A stretch of 64,000 nucleotides of DNA, taken from a virus. Location: positions 32,001 through 96,000 of the IMG/VR virus record IMGVR_UViG_3300045747_000454; one strand, given 5' to 3'. Each line of letters opens with the position of its first letter. Position 1 is the stretch's first letter. The position numbers were made by a program, and so were the translations under genes. Positions 48,616 through 57,912 of the stretch are shown piece after piece. The notes under the pieces are model-generated. The model was not told the DNA's origin and made no database searches. It saw only the letters and a program-made list of their open reading frames with translations.

Positions 48616-48842
48616 GCGTCAAACAACGAGTAGAAGAGCTCCTCGCCAAGCTTGGCGATTGGGAGCTAACGAGCCTCAGCGACGACGCGAACATTTTCCT
48701 TGACCTAGGCTTCGATAGTCTTGATTCAATCTCTATGGTGATGGATGCCGAAGAGTGTTTCGAAATCGAGATTCTCGATGAAGAAGCCGGCAAGATTCAA
48801 ACAGTCGGCGACCTCGTTCGCCTGATTGAAAGCAAGCTATGA
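48612..48842 (+). CDS. Acyl carrier protein 2
   Basis: DLGFDSLDSISMVMDAEECFEIEILDEEAGKIQTVGDLV. Confidence 0.88.
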   Translation: MSVKQRVEELLAKLGDWELTSLSDDANIFLDLGFDSLDSISMVMDAEECFEIEILDEEAGKIQTVGDLVRLIESKL

Positions 48843-49111
48843 GCGATCCACTTCGCGACCTTCTCGACGAGCAAGCAGCCATTCGCGCAGAGGCAACGGT
48901 TGTTGAGCTGCGCGCCGCTGGCATTCGCAAGCGCCAGTCAGCAGTGCTCGACAAGATTCGTGCCATCTGTCCGCACGAGACGACGAAGGAAACCTCGAGC
49001 TACTACTCAGGTTCCTACTACGACAAGGCTTCGACGGTCTATCAGGTCCACTGCACGGTGTGCGGACTGAAGGTCGACGAGCACACGGTGATGCACTGCT
49101 ACTACGGCTGA
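48839..49111 (+). CDS. Hypothetical zinc-binding protein
   Basis: CPH...CTVCG. Confidence 0.6.
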   Translation: MSDPLRDLLDEQAAIRAEATVVELRAAGIRKRQSAVLDKIRAICPHETTKETSSYYSGSYYDKASTVYQVHCTVCGLKVDEHTVMHCYYG

Positions 49112-49143
49112 ACTCAAACGTCGGTCGCGTCATCAGCCAGCTT

Positions 49144-49152
49144 TGATACAAT
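49144..49152 (+). promoter_or_regulatory. Extended -10 promoter (TGATACAAT)
   Basis: Identical to the element at 30247; AGGAG RBS downstream. Confidence 0.6.
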
Positions 49153-49178
49153 GAACAACCATCAACTCAGGAGACTAC

Positions 49179-49730
49179 ATGTCCTGTCACACCGATAACT
49201 GCCCAGACTGCGCTGGAACCGACTGCGGTTCACAAGACGACACCGACATCGCCCTCTACGGCGGTGGTGACTGGGTCTTCGACAACGCCGAGATGCACGC
49301 TCAGTTCGGCGTCAACGAAGCCGTCGACAAGCTCGGCCGCCTTCAGCTGCTGACCTTTCTGAAGTTCCGCCTCGACTTTCTGCAAGAGGAGCTGAACGAA
49401 GCTCGCCTCGCCTACGATGTGCTCGCCCTTCTGCCGAACAACCTCAGCAGCAAGGACGATGTTCTGAAGGCCGGCAACACCGCTGCTGAGGACGTCGTCG
49501 ACGCGATGATCGACCTGTGCGTCGTCGCCATCGGCACCCTCGACCTCTTTCAGGTCGACGCCTACGAGGCTTGGGATCGTGTCCACGTCGCCAACATGTC
49601 GAAGGAGGTCGGCATCAAGCCTGGTCGTCCGAACCCGCTCGGTCTGCCTGACCTCATCAAGCCACCAGGCTGGGTTGGTCCGACGCACGCAGACAACGTC
49701 GGCATTTTGCCACGGTTGTACGAGGCGTAA
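49179..49730 (+). CDS. All-alpha NTP pyrophosphohydrolase (MazG/PRA-PH-like)
   Basis: FLQEELNE...EDVVDAMID...VHVANMSK...DLIKPPGW. Confidence 0.85.
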   Translation: MSCHTDNCPDCAGTDCGSQDDTDIALYGGGDWVFDNAEMHAQFGVNEAVDKLGRLQLLTFLKFRLDFLQEELNEARLAYDVLALLPNNLSSKDDVLKAGNTAAEDVVDAMIDLCVVAIGTLDLFQVDAYEAWDRVHVANMSKEVGIKPGRPNPLGLPDLIKPPGWVGPTHADNVGILPRLYEA

Positions 49731-49768
49731 GGCTTTACAGTCGTAACGAGCGCGTGGACGAAAATTTG

Positions 49769-49777
49769 TGATAGAAT
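49769..49777 (+). promoter_or_regulatory. Extended -10 promoter (TGATAGAAT), nearly leaderless transcript
   Basis: -10 element ends 6 nt before ATG 49784. Confidence 0.55.
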
Positions 49778-49783
49778 GCTAGC

Positions 49784-50398
49784 ATGAACATCTTCGTCCT
49801 ACATGATGACCCAGCGCGCGCCGCTCAGCTTCACCTCGACAAGCACGTTGTCAAGATGATCCTCGAGTACGCGCAGCTCCTGTCAACCGCTCATCGGGTG
49901 CTCGACGGCAAGCTGACCACCGTGAACATCACGCGCAACGGCAAGACCAAGCTCAAGCGCGTGCTGCTCCTATCGAGCGAGACCGCCGACTACGCGACTG
50001 GCGAAATTCACGACCCCAAGTGCTACAACGCCACGCACGTCAATCACCCAAGCGCTGTCTGGGCTCGCACCAATCTCGCCAACTATCGCTGGCTCTTCCG
50101 TCTGTTCAGCGCTTGCCTCGACGAGTACACGCACCGCTACGGCAAGGTTCACGCGACGGCTCGGCTGGCGCCGTTCCTCGCAATGCCGCCTACCAACATT
50201 CCATTCAGCGCTGACCGCACACCATTCGCGCTGGCAATGCCGGACGAATACAAGGACGCCGATGCTGTTGTGGCTTACCAAAATTACTACGTGGGCTCGA
50301 AAGCTACGATGGCACGCTGGACCAACCGTTCAGCCCCAGCCTGGTTTGCGGCCCGTACAAAGGACTTCGATGCATCCACTTTCGAACGAACGCGCTGA
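49784..50398 (+). CDS. Pyrimidine dimer DNA glycosylase (DenV-like family)
   Basis: MNIFVL...DKHVVKMILEYAQLLSTAH...THVNHPSAVW...EYTHRYGKVH. Confidence 0.85.
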   Translation: MNIFVLHDDPARAAQLHLDKHVVKMILEYAQLLSTAHRVLDGKLTTVNITRNGKTKLKRVLLLSSETADYATGEIHDPKCYNATHVNHPSAVWARTNLANYRWLFRLFSACLDEYTHRYGKVHATARLAPFLAMPPTNIPFSADRTPFALAMPDEYKDADAVVAYQNYYVGSKATMARWTNRSAPAWFAARTKDFDASTFERTR

Positions 50399-50645
50399 GT
50401 GGCTTCGCGCTCGCCTCTTTCTGCTTGACCGCATGATCCGCGAGTTCAACGAGCACACGCCGCGCTATCAATCCAGTCAAGGCATGGTGCGACAGCACGC
50501 CGCCGTGATGAACCAGCTCGAGGCCGAGCGGCTCACGTTCACCATCGAGCACAACACGCTCACCGAGTATCTCACCGTCGAAGCCGCTGCACGTTTTGCT
50601 CGTGCACAAGCCGAGCTTGACGGCGACCCAGCACTGAACGGCTAA
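50370..50645 (+). CDS. Hypothetical protein (91 aa)
   Basis: AAGGA RBS before ATG 50370. Confidence 0.55.
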   Translation: MHPLSNERAEWLRARLFLLDRMIREFNEHTPRYQSSQGMVRQHAAVMNQLEAERLTFTIEHNTLTEYLTVEAAARFARAQAELDGDPALNG

Positions 50646-50647
50646 TC

Positions 50648-51232
50648 ATGGGCGCTAACCTAACACGAATCCTCGTCGTCGACATCGAGTCGACCTGCTG
50701 GGAAACGCCTGACGAGCAGGGCAACAAGCCGATGGAGGTCATCGAGATCGGCGTCTGCGAGCTGCGCGTCAAGTCGCGTGAGATCGTCAACAAGCAGTCG
50801 TTCCCCGTGCGGCCGCAGTTCACGAGCGTCTCGCCGTTCTGTGAGAAGCTGACTGGCTGGACGCAGGCCGAGGTCGAGAAGGCGCCGCCGATCGACGCCG
50901 TGCTGCTCGAGATTCAGAAGGCCTACGGCATTACCAAGCACCACGTCTGGACGAGCTTCGGCGAGTACGACCGTGTCAAGCTCAGCTCGGACCGTGATCA
51001 AGAGGGTGGTCTCTTCAAGCTCTACAACATCGAGCGCGAGAACAACCCATTCTCGTTCATGCGAGCGCACTACAACATCAAGACGTTGATGGCCCTCAAG
51101 GAAGGTCTCGACCGAGAGCTGGGCATGGCGCGAGCGCTGAACTTCTACGGCGAGAAGCTGGAAGGTCGGCATCACAACGGCGCTGATGACGCCTACAACA
51201 TTGCCAAGATCGTTCGAAGGGTTCTATCGTGA
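50648..51232 (+). CDS. DEDDh 3'-5' exonuclease (ERI-1/KapD-like)
   Basis: VVDIESTC, IEIG, FGEYD, GRHHNGADDAYNIA. Confidence 0.9.
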   Translation: MGANLTRILVVDIESTCWETPDEQGNKPMEVIEIGVCELRVKSREIVNKQSFPVRPQFTSVSPFCEKLTGWTQAEVEKAPPIDAVLLEIQKAYGITKHHVWTSFGEYDRVKLSSDRDQEGGLFKLYNIERENNPFSFMRAHYNIKTLMALKEGLDRELGMARALNFYGEKLEGRHHNGADDAYNIAKIVRRVLS

Positions 51233-51420
51233 AGTGCACTGCCCCATGCGTTCCGCCGTGTGAACACGAAGCCACCACAGAGCTGCTGTCGATGGCCAAC
51301 GCTCACCTCGGCTACAACTGCGATGCACACATCGCTTCGCTGCGCGTGAAGCAAGTCGGCAGCATCGCGCAGGAGTATCGCACGAAGCCGCTGGAGACGA
51401 AGAGTGAACCTGTCGCCTGA
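51229..51420 (+). CDS. Hypothetical protein (63 aa)
   Basis: GTGA overlap with the exonuclease stop. Confidence 0.45.
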   Translation: MKCTAPCVPPCEHEATTELLSMANAHLGYNCDAHIASLRVKQVGSIAQEYRTKPLETKSEPVA

Positions 51421-51682
51421 CACCATCAATGCAGTCTTCGAGCTGTCTGGCGGCTTCTTTCTGCTGAACCACTGCCGAACGCTGTGGGCCTCGAAAGAGG
51501 CGTACGGCGTCTCACTGCTCTCCACAGCGTTCTTTCTGCTTTGGGGCTGTTGGAACATTTTCTACTACCCGCACCTCGGGCAGATGCTCAGCTTCTACGC
51601 TGGGCTGTTCATTATGTTCGCCAACACGCTGTGGGTCGGCATGATCATTTATCTGCGAGCGAAACGAGCGAAGCTGGTGTAG
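51404..51682 (+). CDS. Three-helix membrane protein (PQ-loop/SemiSWEET-like)
   Basis: Three hydrophobic segments; K.A.GVS...F..WG.WNI.YY pattern. Confidence 0.6.
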   Translation: MNLSPDTINAVFELSGGFFLLNHCRTLWASKEAYGVSLLSTAFFLLWGCWNIFYYPHLGQMLSFYAGLFIMFANTLWVGMIIYLRAKRAKLV

Positions 51683-51893
51683 TGTCAACCAGATTCCCGT
51701 AGTCGTCGACGACCTCGAACGGCGCTGGAATCTTGAACATCATTCCAGGGCGCGGGAGCGCCGAGTAGTTCAGCTCGTTGAAGGCGTGGCGCAGATGCGT
51801 CAGCTCAGCGTGCGTGAGGTTGTGACGCCCCTTCAGCCGAAGCACCGCGTCGATTGTCTCCGACGGTCGAAAGGCGTGAAGCACGTAGCGCAT
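51645..51893 (-). CDS. Small late protein, LysM/tail-X-like
   Basis: HAFRPSETIDAV...N....PRPGMMFKIP; minus-strand late promoter at 51926-51932. Confidence 0.5.
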   Translation of the reverse strand: MRYVLHAFRPSETIDAVLRLKGRHNLTHAELTHLRHAFNELNYSALPRPGMMFKIPAPFEVVDDYGNLVDTTPASLVSLADK

Positions 51894-51905
51894 AGCCAGG
51901 AATCC

Positions 51906-51932
51906 CATAAATAGTGAACACCAGCTATTTAG
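51906..51932. promoter_or_regulatory. Pair of opposed late promoters (CATAAATA on +, CTAAATA on -)
   Basis: Same geometry as the pair at 38926-38952. Confidence 0.6.
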
Positions 51933-51939
51933 GATTCCC

Positions 51940-53811
51940 ATGGCAGACATTACCGCAAAGACAACCCATGACCTTTGGGTTGAGTCACGCGAGTTCTCGC
52001 TCAGCATCTCTCGCTCGGCGCCAACCTCCATCACAATCACCGTCACTCGACCGGCTAGTCTAACGGTCGTCGACGGCGCGGTGGTGCTGCTCTCTACGAG
52101 CCCTATTGCTGCTGCGAACTATCCGACCGACGGTCGACAGTACACCCCGTCGGTCGACGAGCTCATTCCAGCCGACCGCATCGTCGGTGTTGACGGCGCG
52201 CACGTCGTTGGCTCCTACTCCGGCGTTCTCGGTAGCCCGATGCCGACAGGTACCCTTGATGCAGCGACTGGCAAGGTGTCGTTTGACATCGTGGTCACCA
52301 ACACTGATGCAACGAAAATCTACTACGCGTCAGTCCACGGCGTGTCGAACGTTCTTCAGTACTACCCAGTCGGCATTCAGTCGTACCCAATCGAAGGCTC
52401 ACGCGTTGAGAAGGGCGTCGAGGGCTTCGCTGGCAACATTCCATCTCTACCAGAGGCGCCAGTCTCACCGACCGAGGGCTTCGTCTATCACGACCAGCAG
52501 CTCAATCTCTTTCAGTACTGGACCGGCACGACTTGGGTCCCAACGCGTGCTGACACCATTCTTACTGGCGACAACTTCCCTGGTGCAATTGGCTACACCT
52601 ACCTGCTGAACGCTGGTCCGCCGCGCATCTTCGACGGCGTCAAGTGGGTCTTCGCCAATGAGACGAACCTTCAGTTTCGCACTGGCGCGACTTGGACTCC
52701 GATTCATGGCTACTCAGCCTACACAAAGCTGCCAGAAGCACCAACCATCGGCGACCTTATCTGGAACTACACGTCACAGCGTGGTCAGTACTGGGATGGC
52801 GCTCAGTGGGTTTACCCAGGTCCGAGCAACTCTCTGTTCGACACTGGGACTGGTCTCATTCCAGCCTTCGTCAATCCACTTGGCATCGAGTTCACGATGC
52901 TGCCAACGCCGTACGTTGGCCTGCTGTTCTACAACACCACGACCAAGGAGCTGAGCGCTTGGACTGGCACTGAGTGGCGTCGCGCCAACACTGATCAGAT
53001 CGGCTCACCAATCAGCGACAAGCTGACGGTTGGTAACGATGGCTCCTACAATGAGCGCATGCGCCTCATCAAGGTGCTGAAGTCGCAGCTCGGCTGGCCG
53101 CAGTCGTGCGTCGAGCTCGAGGAGGAGCAGTTCAACATCGCCATCGACAACGCGCTCGACAACTTCCGCATGTGGTGCGACGGTGCCTATCGCATGAAGT
53201 ACGTGATGTTCAAGCTGTACAATGGGCAGCAAACGTACTATCTGAACAGTCAAGTCGATCAGACCGACAAGATCGTGGATGTCGCCAAGATTCACCGACT
53301 GAACATTCTCGGTATCGAAACGGCGAATGGTAACGACGCCGTCTGGACATCTGGCATTCTGACGTCATACTACAGCGCCGTGTCTGTCGACATTCTGTCG
53401 CTCAACATGCTGTCGATGATGTCGGAAGAGTTTCAGCGGCTGTTCGCTGGTGACCTTACCTTCCTTTGGGATGAGCCGAGTCGTGAGCTGTTCGTCACGC
53501 GCAAGATCTATCGCGACGAGAAGGTCATCGTCGAGTGTCTGATGGAGCGGACGGAGCAGGAGATTCTGGTCGACCGTTGGAGCAAGCAGTTCATTCAGAA
53601 CTGGGCCTTGGCTGAAGCCAAGTATCAGCTCGGCATGATTCGTAGTCGCTTCAGCTCTGGCACGCCAGGTGCTGCCGGCACCATCACGCAGAACGGTGAG
53701 CTGCTCATCACTGAAGCTCGACAGGACATGACTGAGCTGAAGCAATCGGCGCTCGACTTCGAGTGGGGTGGACACGTTGGTCACGGCAACGTCAGCTTCC
53801 TTTTTGGATAG
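51940..53811 (+). CDS. Neck protein (gp13-like) with long N-terminal extension
   Basis: C-terminal third: KSQLGWPQSCVELEEEQFNIAIDNAL...WALAEAKYQLGMIRSRF...PGAAGTITQNGELL. Confidence 0.85.
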   Translation: MADITAKTTHDLWVESREFSLSISRSAPTSITITVTRPASLTVVDGAVVLLSTSPIAAANYPTDGRQYTPSVDELIPADRIVGVDGAHVVGSYSGVLGSPMPTGTLDAATGKVSFDIVVTNTDATKIYYASVHGVSNVLQYYPVGIQSYPIEGSRVEKGVEGFAGNIPSLPEAPVSPTEGFVYHDQQLNLFQYWTGTTWVPTRADTILTGDNFPGAIGYTYLLNAGPPRIFDGVKWVFANETNLQFRTGATWTPIHGYSAYTKLPEAPTIGDLIWNYTSQRGQYWDGAQWVYPGPSNSLFDTGTGLIPAFVNPLGIEFTMLPTPYVGLLFYNTTTKELSAWTGTEWRRANTDQIGSPISDKLTVGNDGSYNERMRLIKVLKSQLGWPQSCVELEEEQFNIAIDNALDNFRMWCDGAYRMKYVMFKLYNGQQTYYLNSQVDQTDKIVDVAKIHRLNILGIETANGNDAVWTSGILTSYYSAVSVDILSLNMLSMMSEEFQRLFAGDLTFLWDEPSRELFVTRKIYRDEKVIVECLMERTEQEILVDRWSKQFIQNWALAEAKYQLGMIRSRFSSGTPGAAGTITQNGELLITEARQDMTELKQSALDFEWGGHVGHGNVSFLFG

Positions 53812-53880
53812 CGAACCTAGGAACATTTTAGCTGCCGTCTGAAAATGGTGTACTATACGCTATTACAGACGGGAGCTAAA

Positions 53881-54696
53881 ATGCGAGCGGACCAACGCCA
53901 ATACCACATCATCTACAAGACCACTTGCCTCACAACAGGCAAGTGGTATCTCGGGATGCATTCAACTGATGACCTCAACGACGGGTATCTTGGTAGCGGG
54001 CAACTTCTCTGGAAGTCGCTCAAGAAGTACGGGAAGGACAATCATCAATACGAGATTCTAGAGTATCTGCCATCTCGAAAAGCGTTGATCCTTCGAGAAG
54101 AGGAGTTGATCACCGACGAAGTCAGAAATCAACCGCAGTGCCTGAATCTTCGCAACGGCGGGACAGGCAATGACCCTGGATTCTGGGAGATGACGGACGA
54201 GGACAAGCGCACCCAAGCTAGCGAGCGTCTATCTGTCAAGAGCAAGAAGATGTGGGCGGAACGCAAAGCGGACCCAATCGCACTTGCTGAGCACATTGCC
54301 AAAGCTATTACGCCTGAAAGCATTGGCAAACGAGCTGCTACTACCAGAGCTAGAGCTCACAAGCGAACACCAGAGCAGCTTGCCAATCTTACTACTGGGC
54401 AACAGAGCTACTACGCTAACGTTGACCCGACGGTGCTAAAGACACGTGGGCAGAAGGCAGCTCAAACACGTCTAGAGCGAGGCACCAACAAAGGCGGACG
54501 ACCGAAAGGTATCCCAGCGACTGAGTCGCAGAAGCAATGCAAGACCTGGATCATTCAGACCGAAGATGGCGCCAAACAAGTCATTCGCAATCTCAAGGCG
54601 TTCTGCGAAGAGCACAACATCAGCAGAACGTCGTTCGTACGTTCTGCCAGTAATGACAAGTTTATGAACGGATTCAGATTGGTTGGACCCACTTGA
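53881..54696 (+). mobile_element. Free-standing GIY-YIG homing endonuclease (Seg-like)
   Basis: YHIIYKTTCLTTGKWYLGMHSTDDLNDGYLGSG...E.EELI..CLNL; C-terminal NLKAFCEEHNI domain; inserted between gp13 and gp14. Confidence 0.85.
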
Positions 54697-54710
54697 TACC
54701 AACCCATTGG

Positions 54711-54718
54711 CATAAATA
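54711..54718 (+). promoter_or_regulatory. Late promoter (CATAAATA)
   Basis: TAAATA core before the gp14-like gene. Confidence 0.7.
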
Positions 54719-54740
54719 ACCCAGCTCAGCTGGACACTAC

Positions 54741-56600
54741 ATGCCAACACCATCTTGCCCCGACTCAGTCGGCAGCGTCAACACACCGAACTCCACGGCG
54801 ATCCCCGTATCGCCAACGAACCCGGCGCGGGCGTACGTCGCTCCAGCGCTGAACATCGGGACCTACTCTCTCACCGACGCCTGCTCGAACCTTGACTCGA
54901 AGTATCAAGAGGACGTCGCAGCAGAGAACCTCAATGTGTCTGGTGCACCGGTCAACGTCTTCAAGCTGCTTGGCATTCACGAGCAGGGCAAGCTCATCGA
55001 CCTCACTGGGACCGGCGCGCCACTCGGCAGCGGTGCTCCAGATCAGGCGTTCGATGCGCTTGCTGGGTCGTGGATCAGCGCTGAGACCGGTGCTGCCGTG
55101 CTTGAAGCGCCAGCCTACATCGGCTACGACTTCGGCGCTCGTCTCACATCATTCGGACAACCAGAGACGGTGCCGGCCCCGAACATTCAGCTGCACGTCA
55201 CGTCCTTTCGCATTCAACAGGGTTCAGACCCAGCCACTCGCGCCCTTCAAGTTCGCATCGACCGAAGCCACGGTGGCTATCGCGTTGACCCACTGAAGGT
55301 CAACTTCACAGGCGTTGGCAATGGTGGCTTCGGCAGCTTCAGCGCTGGCGTTGAGGCGAAGCCTGGCACGCTGATGCTGGCTGCTCTCTCGCCAACGCAG
55401 TTCAGCGTCTTCTTCACGGGCAGCGCTGGCACCGTGGTGCTTGGCGTCGCCACCGTTGGTGTGCGCTTCAACTCAACGATCTGCTCGTTCACTCTCACGA
55501 CTGGGTCAATCCCATACGATGTCAATGACCTCTTCACCGTAGTCATCGAGCTCGAGTGGCTGCGAGTTGACGTCGTCAATCTACCGAACCTCGCTACACC
55601 AGCCCTCATTCGCGTACGTCAATCATCGCAAGCTCGCTACTGGCGCGTTGTGCCGTTGAGCTTCGCTGGCGTGCTGAGCAATCAACCTTGGGTCGTTGAG
55701 AAGCTCGAGCTGTTCGACTTTCAGCAGACGCGCCTCGACGACATTCAAGATAGTCTGTACATGGAAAACCGTGACCGCGACTACGCCAAGGCGTCGATGC
55801 AGCTCAAGGCAGCGTACACACCGTTCGACGCCGTCAGCGACCTGTCGAAGTTCGGCTTCAGCATCGCCGACATCTACACCTTCACCACCAGCTTCGCGCA
55901 GATGGTCGCCACGCTTGGTCGTCCAATCGTTGTTGGCGATGTGCTTGAACTGCCAGGCGAGCTTGGCTTCGACCACAACCTCAAGCCAGTGCGCAAGTTC
56001 CTTGAGGTGTCAGACGTGAGCTGGAGCGCTGAGGGCTTCACCACGAACTGGCGTCCAATCCTCTATCGCTTTCAAGCGCAGAACCTGATCCCGTCGCAGG
56101 AGACACGCGACATTCTCGGCACCGCCGACACGCAGAAGTACATCATCGATGATGGTTCATTCTTCGCTGGCATCGAGCAGATCTCGACGGCCGACCTTAC
56201 TGCCGCCGAGCGTAATCAAGCTGAAGCGGTCGATGCTGTGCCTGAGAAGGGCACGAACGTTCGTGAGGAGGCCTCTGGCACGAATCGCTTCGGGCAGCCT
56301 GGCTCCTATGATGGCGTTGGTGTCTACGTTGAGGATGGTCTGCCGCCAGATGGCAAGCCATACGAGACTGGCTTCAAGCTGCCAGACGTTGGTACCGGTG
56401 TGAACGGATCCTTCTTCCGTCTTGAGTACGATCCGAAGCTCAACATTCCAGCTCGCCTCTACAAGTTCTCGAGCATTAAGGGCAAGTGGATCTTCGTTGA
56501 GACTGACCGTCGCACCGCTCGCTCAGCGCATCGTCCATCGCAGCTTGAGATTCTGAATCGCACGACCACGATGCCGCTCAACACTAAGAAGCCAGTCTGA
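54741..56600 (+). CDS. Neck/head closure protein (gp14-like) with inserted domains
   Basis: IQDSLYMENRDRDY...DLSKFG...LGRPIVVGDVLELP; position between gp13 and gp15. Confidence 0.8.
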   Translation: MPTPSCPDSVGSVNTPNSTAIPVSPTNPARAYVAPALNIGTYSLTDACSNLDSKYQEDVAAENLNVSGAPVNVFKLLGIHEQGKLIDLTGTGAPLGSGAPDQAFDALAGSWISAETGAAVLEAPAYIGYDFGARLTSFGQPETVPAPNIQLHVTSFRIQQGSDPATRALQVRIDRSHGGYRVDPLKVNFTGVGNGGFGSFSAGVEAKPGTLMLAALSPTQFSVFFTGSAGTVVLGVATVGVRFNSTICSFTLTTGSIPYDVNDLFTVVIELEWLRVDVVNLPNLATPALIRVRQSSQARYWRVVPLSFAGVLSNQPWVVEKLELFDFQQTRLDDIQDSLYMENRDRDYAKASMQLKAAYTPFDAVSDLSKFGFSIADIYTFTTSFAQMVATLGRPIVVGDVLELPGELGFDHNLKPVRKFLEVSDVSWSAEGFTTNWRPILYRFQAQNLIPSQETRDILGTADTQKYIIDDGSFFAGIEQISTADLTAAERNQAEAVDAVPEKGTNVREEASGTNRFGQPGSYDGVGVYVEDGLPPDGKPYETGFKLPDVGTGVNGSFFRLEYDPKLNIPARLYKFSSIKGKWIFVETDRRTARSAHRPSQLEILNRTTTMPLNTKKPV

Positions 56601-57256
56601 TGCTCCTACAAGAACTCACAGTCAAAGACACCAAGGATCCAGAGGACATTCTCAAGATCCTTCGGCGAGACTGCAAGCCGTTTCTATCGTCTGGTCTTTC
56701 GCATCCATTCTATCGTGGTCTGCCACGCGCCTTTGCCGGTAAACAAACCCCGATCATCACGCTCGAGTACGATCTGAAGGAAGTGCATCTGATCAAGATG
56801 ACGCGTCAGCACGATCGGTTGCCTACTGGCACGAACCCAGCCGTTCACGACCTGTTCGACACGCTGTTCAACTCAAAGTTCGGTTGGAAGGCTCGATCGT
56901 CTGGCGTCTTCGCCTCTGCCGAGTGGGCTCAAGCCAACGGCTATGGCATGCCATTCGCCTTCTTTCCAATCGGCAACTTTCACTCGCTCTGGTCGCCTGA
57001 GGTCTACGATCTGTTTGCAGCGCTGCCACGCGGGCTCGAGACGATGATCGTCCACGGCAGCTCTAAGGAGAAGGTCGAGGGCAAGCTGCGGTTGCGCCAC
57101 TACTTCGACACGCTCGACTATCATGCGGATGATCTGAAGAGCCTCGGCGACGACCATCGCGAGGTGATGTTTGACTGCGACAGCTACTATCTGGTTGATG
57201 CTCATAGCAAGTGGGACGAGACTGACCATCCAGTGCTCAAGGAACTTTTCAAATGA
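56600..57256 (+). CDS. Putative ADP-ribosyltransferase-fold internal head protein, paralog 1
   Basis: MLLQEL start; FYRG...FGWKAR..GVFAS...ANGYG...WSP...REVM. Confidence 0.6.
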   Translation: MLLQELTVKDTKDPEDILKILRRDCKPFLSSGLSHPFYRGLPRAFAGKQTPIITLEYDLKEVHLIKMTRQHDRLPTGTNPAVHDLFDTLFNSKFGWKARSSGVFASAEWAQANGYGMPFAFFPIGNFHSLWSPEVYDLFAALPRGLETMIVHGSSKEKVEGKLRLRHYFDTLDYHADDLKSLGDDHREVMFDCDSYYLVDAHSKWDETDHPVLKELFK

Positions 57257-57912
57257 TGACCTTCAAGGACTTTATCGCCGAGGACATAGTGCCGAACATG
57301 CCGCTGGCGCAGTATGTCAAGATGCGCTGCGCACCGTACCTCAAGCTGCCGGGCGCTACGTCTGGTCTGCTGTTTCGTGGTCTTGGGCCGTTTGGCACCT
57401 CGTCTAAGGAGAAGATCAACGGCACCGATGTCAAGTGGAAGGTCGTCACCGCTCGCAAGAACCGTCCGGCAGGCGACACGCCGCAGGAGTTCTCAGACGA
57501 AGCAGACAAGTACTTTCAAGAGATGTTTGGTTGGAAGGCTCGTGGCGACGCGACGTTCGTATCTGGCAACATGTTTCAAGCCGGCAACTACGGCGACGTT
57601 CACATCGTCATTCCAATGGGCGAGACGAAGTTCGTTTGGTCGCCAAAGCTCGTAGACCTGTACACCGAAGTCTTCATAAAGCTCTTTGGGCGCTATGGTC
57701 CAAAGAGCAACAAGGACCCAGAAGAGCATGCCAAGTTCATTGAGGCAATCAAGAAGGCGAACTACATCGACACCGATCTGACGAAGGCTATTAAGTCTAA
57801 GCACGAGATCGCGCTGAACTGTCAGCGCTACGTCGCCATCGACATATCAAAGGTGCCAGCGCACGGTCGCTGGGACATCGCTGGCGCAATCGGAATCAAG
57901 AATCAAACATGA
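57253..57912 (+). CDS. Putative ADP-ribosyltransferase-fold internal head protein, paralog 2
   Basis: MTFKDFIAE start; LFRG...TFVSG...AGNYG...WSP...HEIA. Confidence 0.6.
   Translation: MMTFKDFIAEDIVPNMPLAQYVKMRCAPYLKLPGATSGLLFRGLGPFGTSSKEKINGTDVKWKVVTARKNRPAGDTPQEFSDEADKYFQEMFGWKARGDATFVSGNMFQAGNYGDVHIVIPMGETKFVWSPKLVDLYTEVFIKLFGRYGPKSNKDPEEHAKFIEAIKKANYIDTDLTKAIKSKHEIALNCQRYVAIDISKVPAHGRWDIAGAIGIKNQT

Noticed and set aside
30304-54696. Group I introns or inteins hosting the three endonucleases
   Set aside because: The flanking genes (gp55, capsid, gp13, gp14) are complete and uninterrupted, so the endonucleases are free-standing
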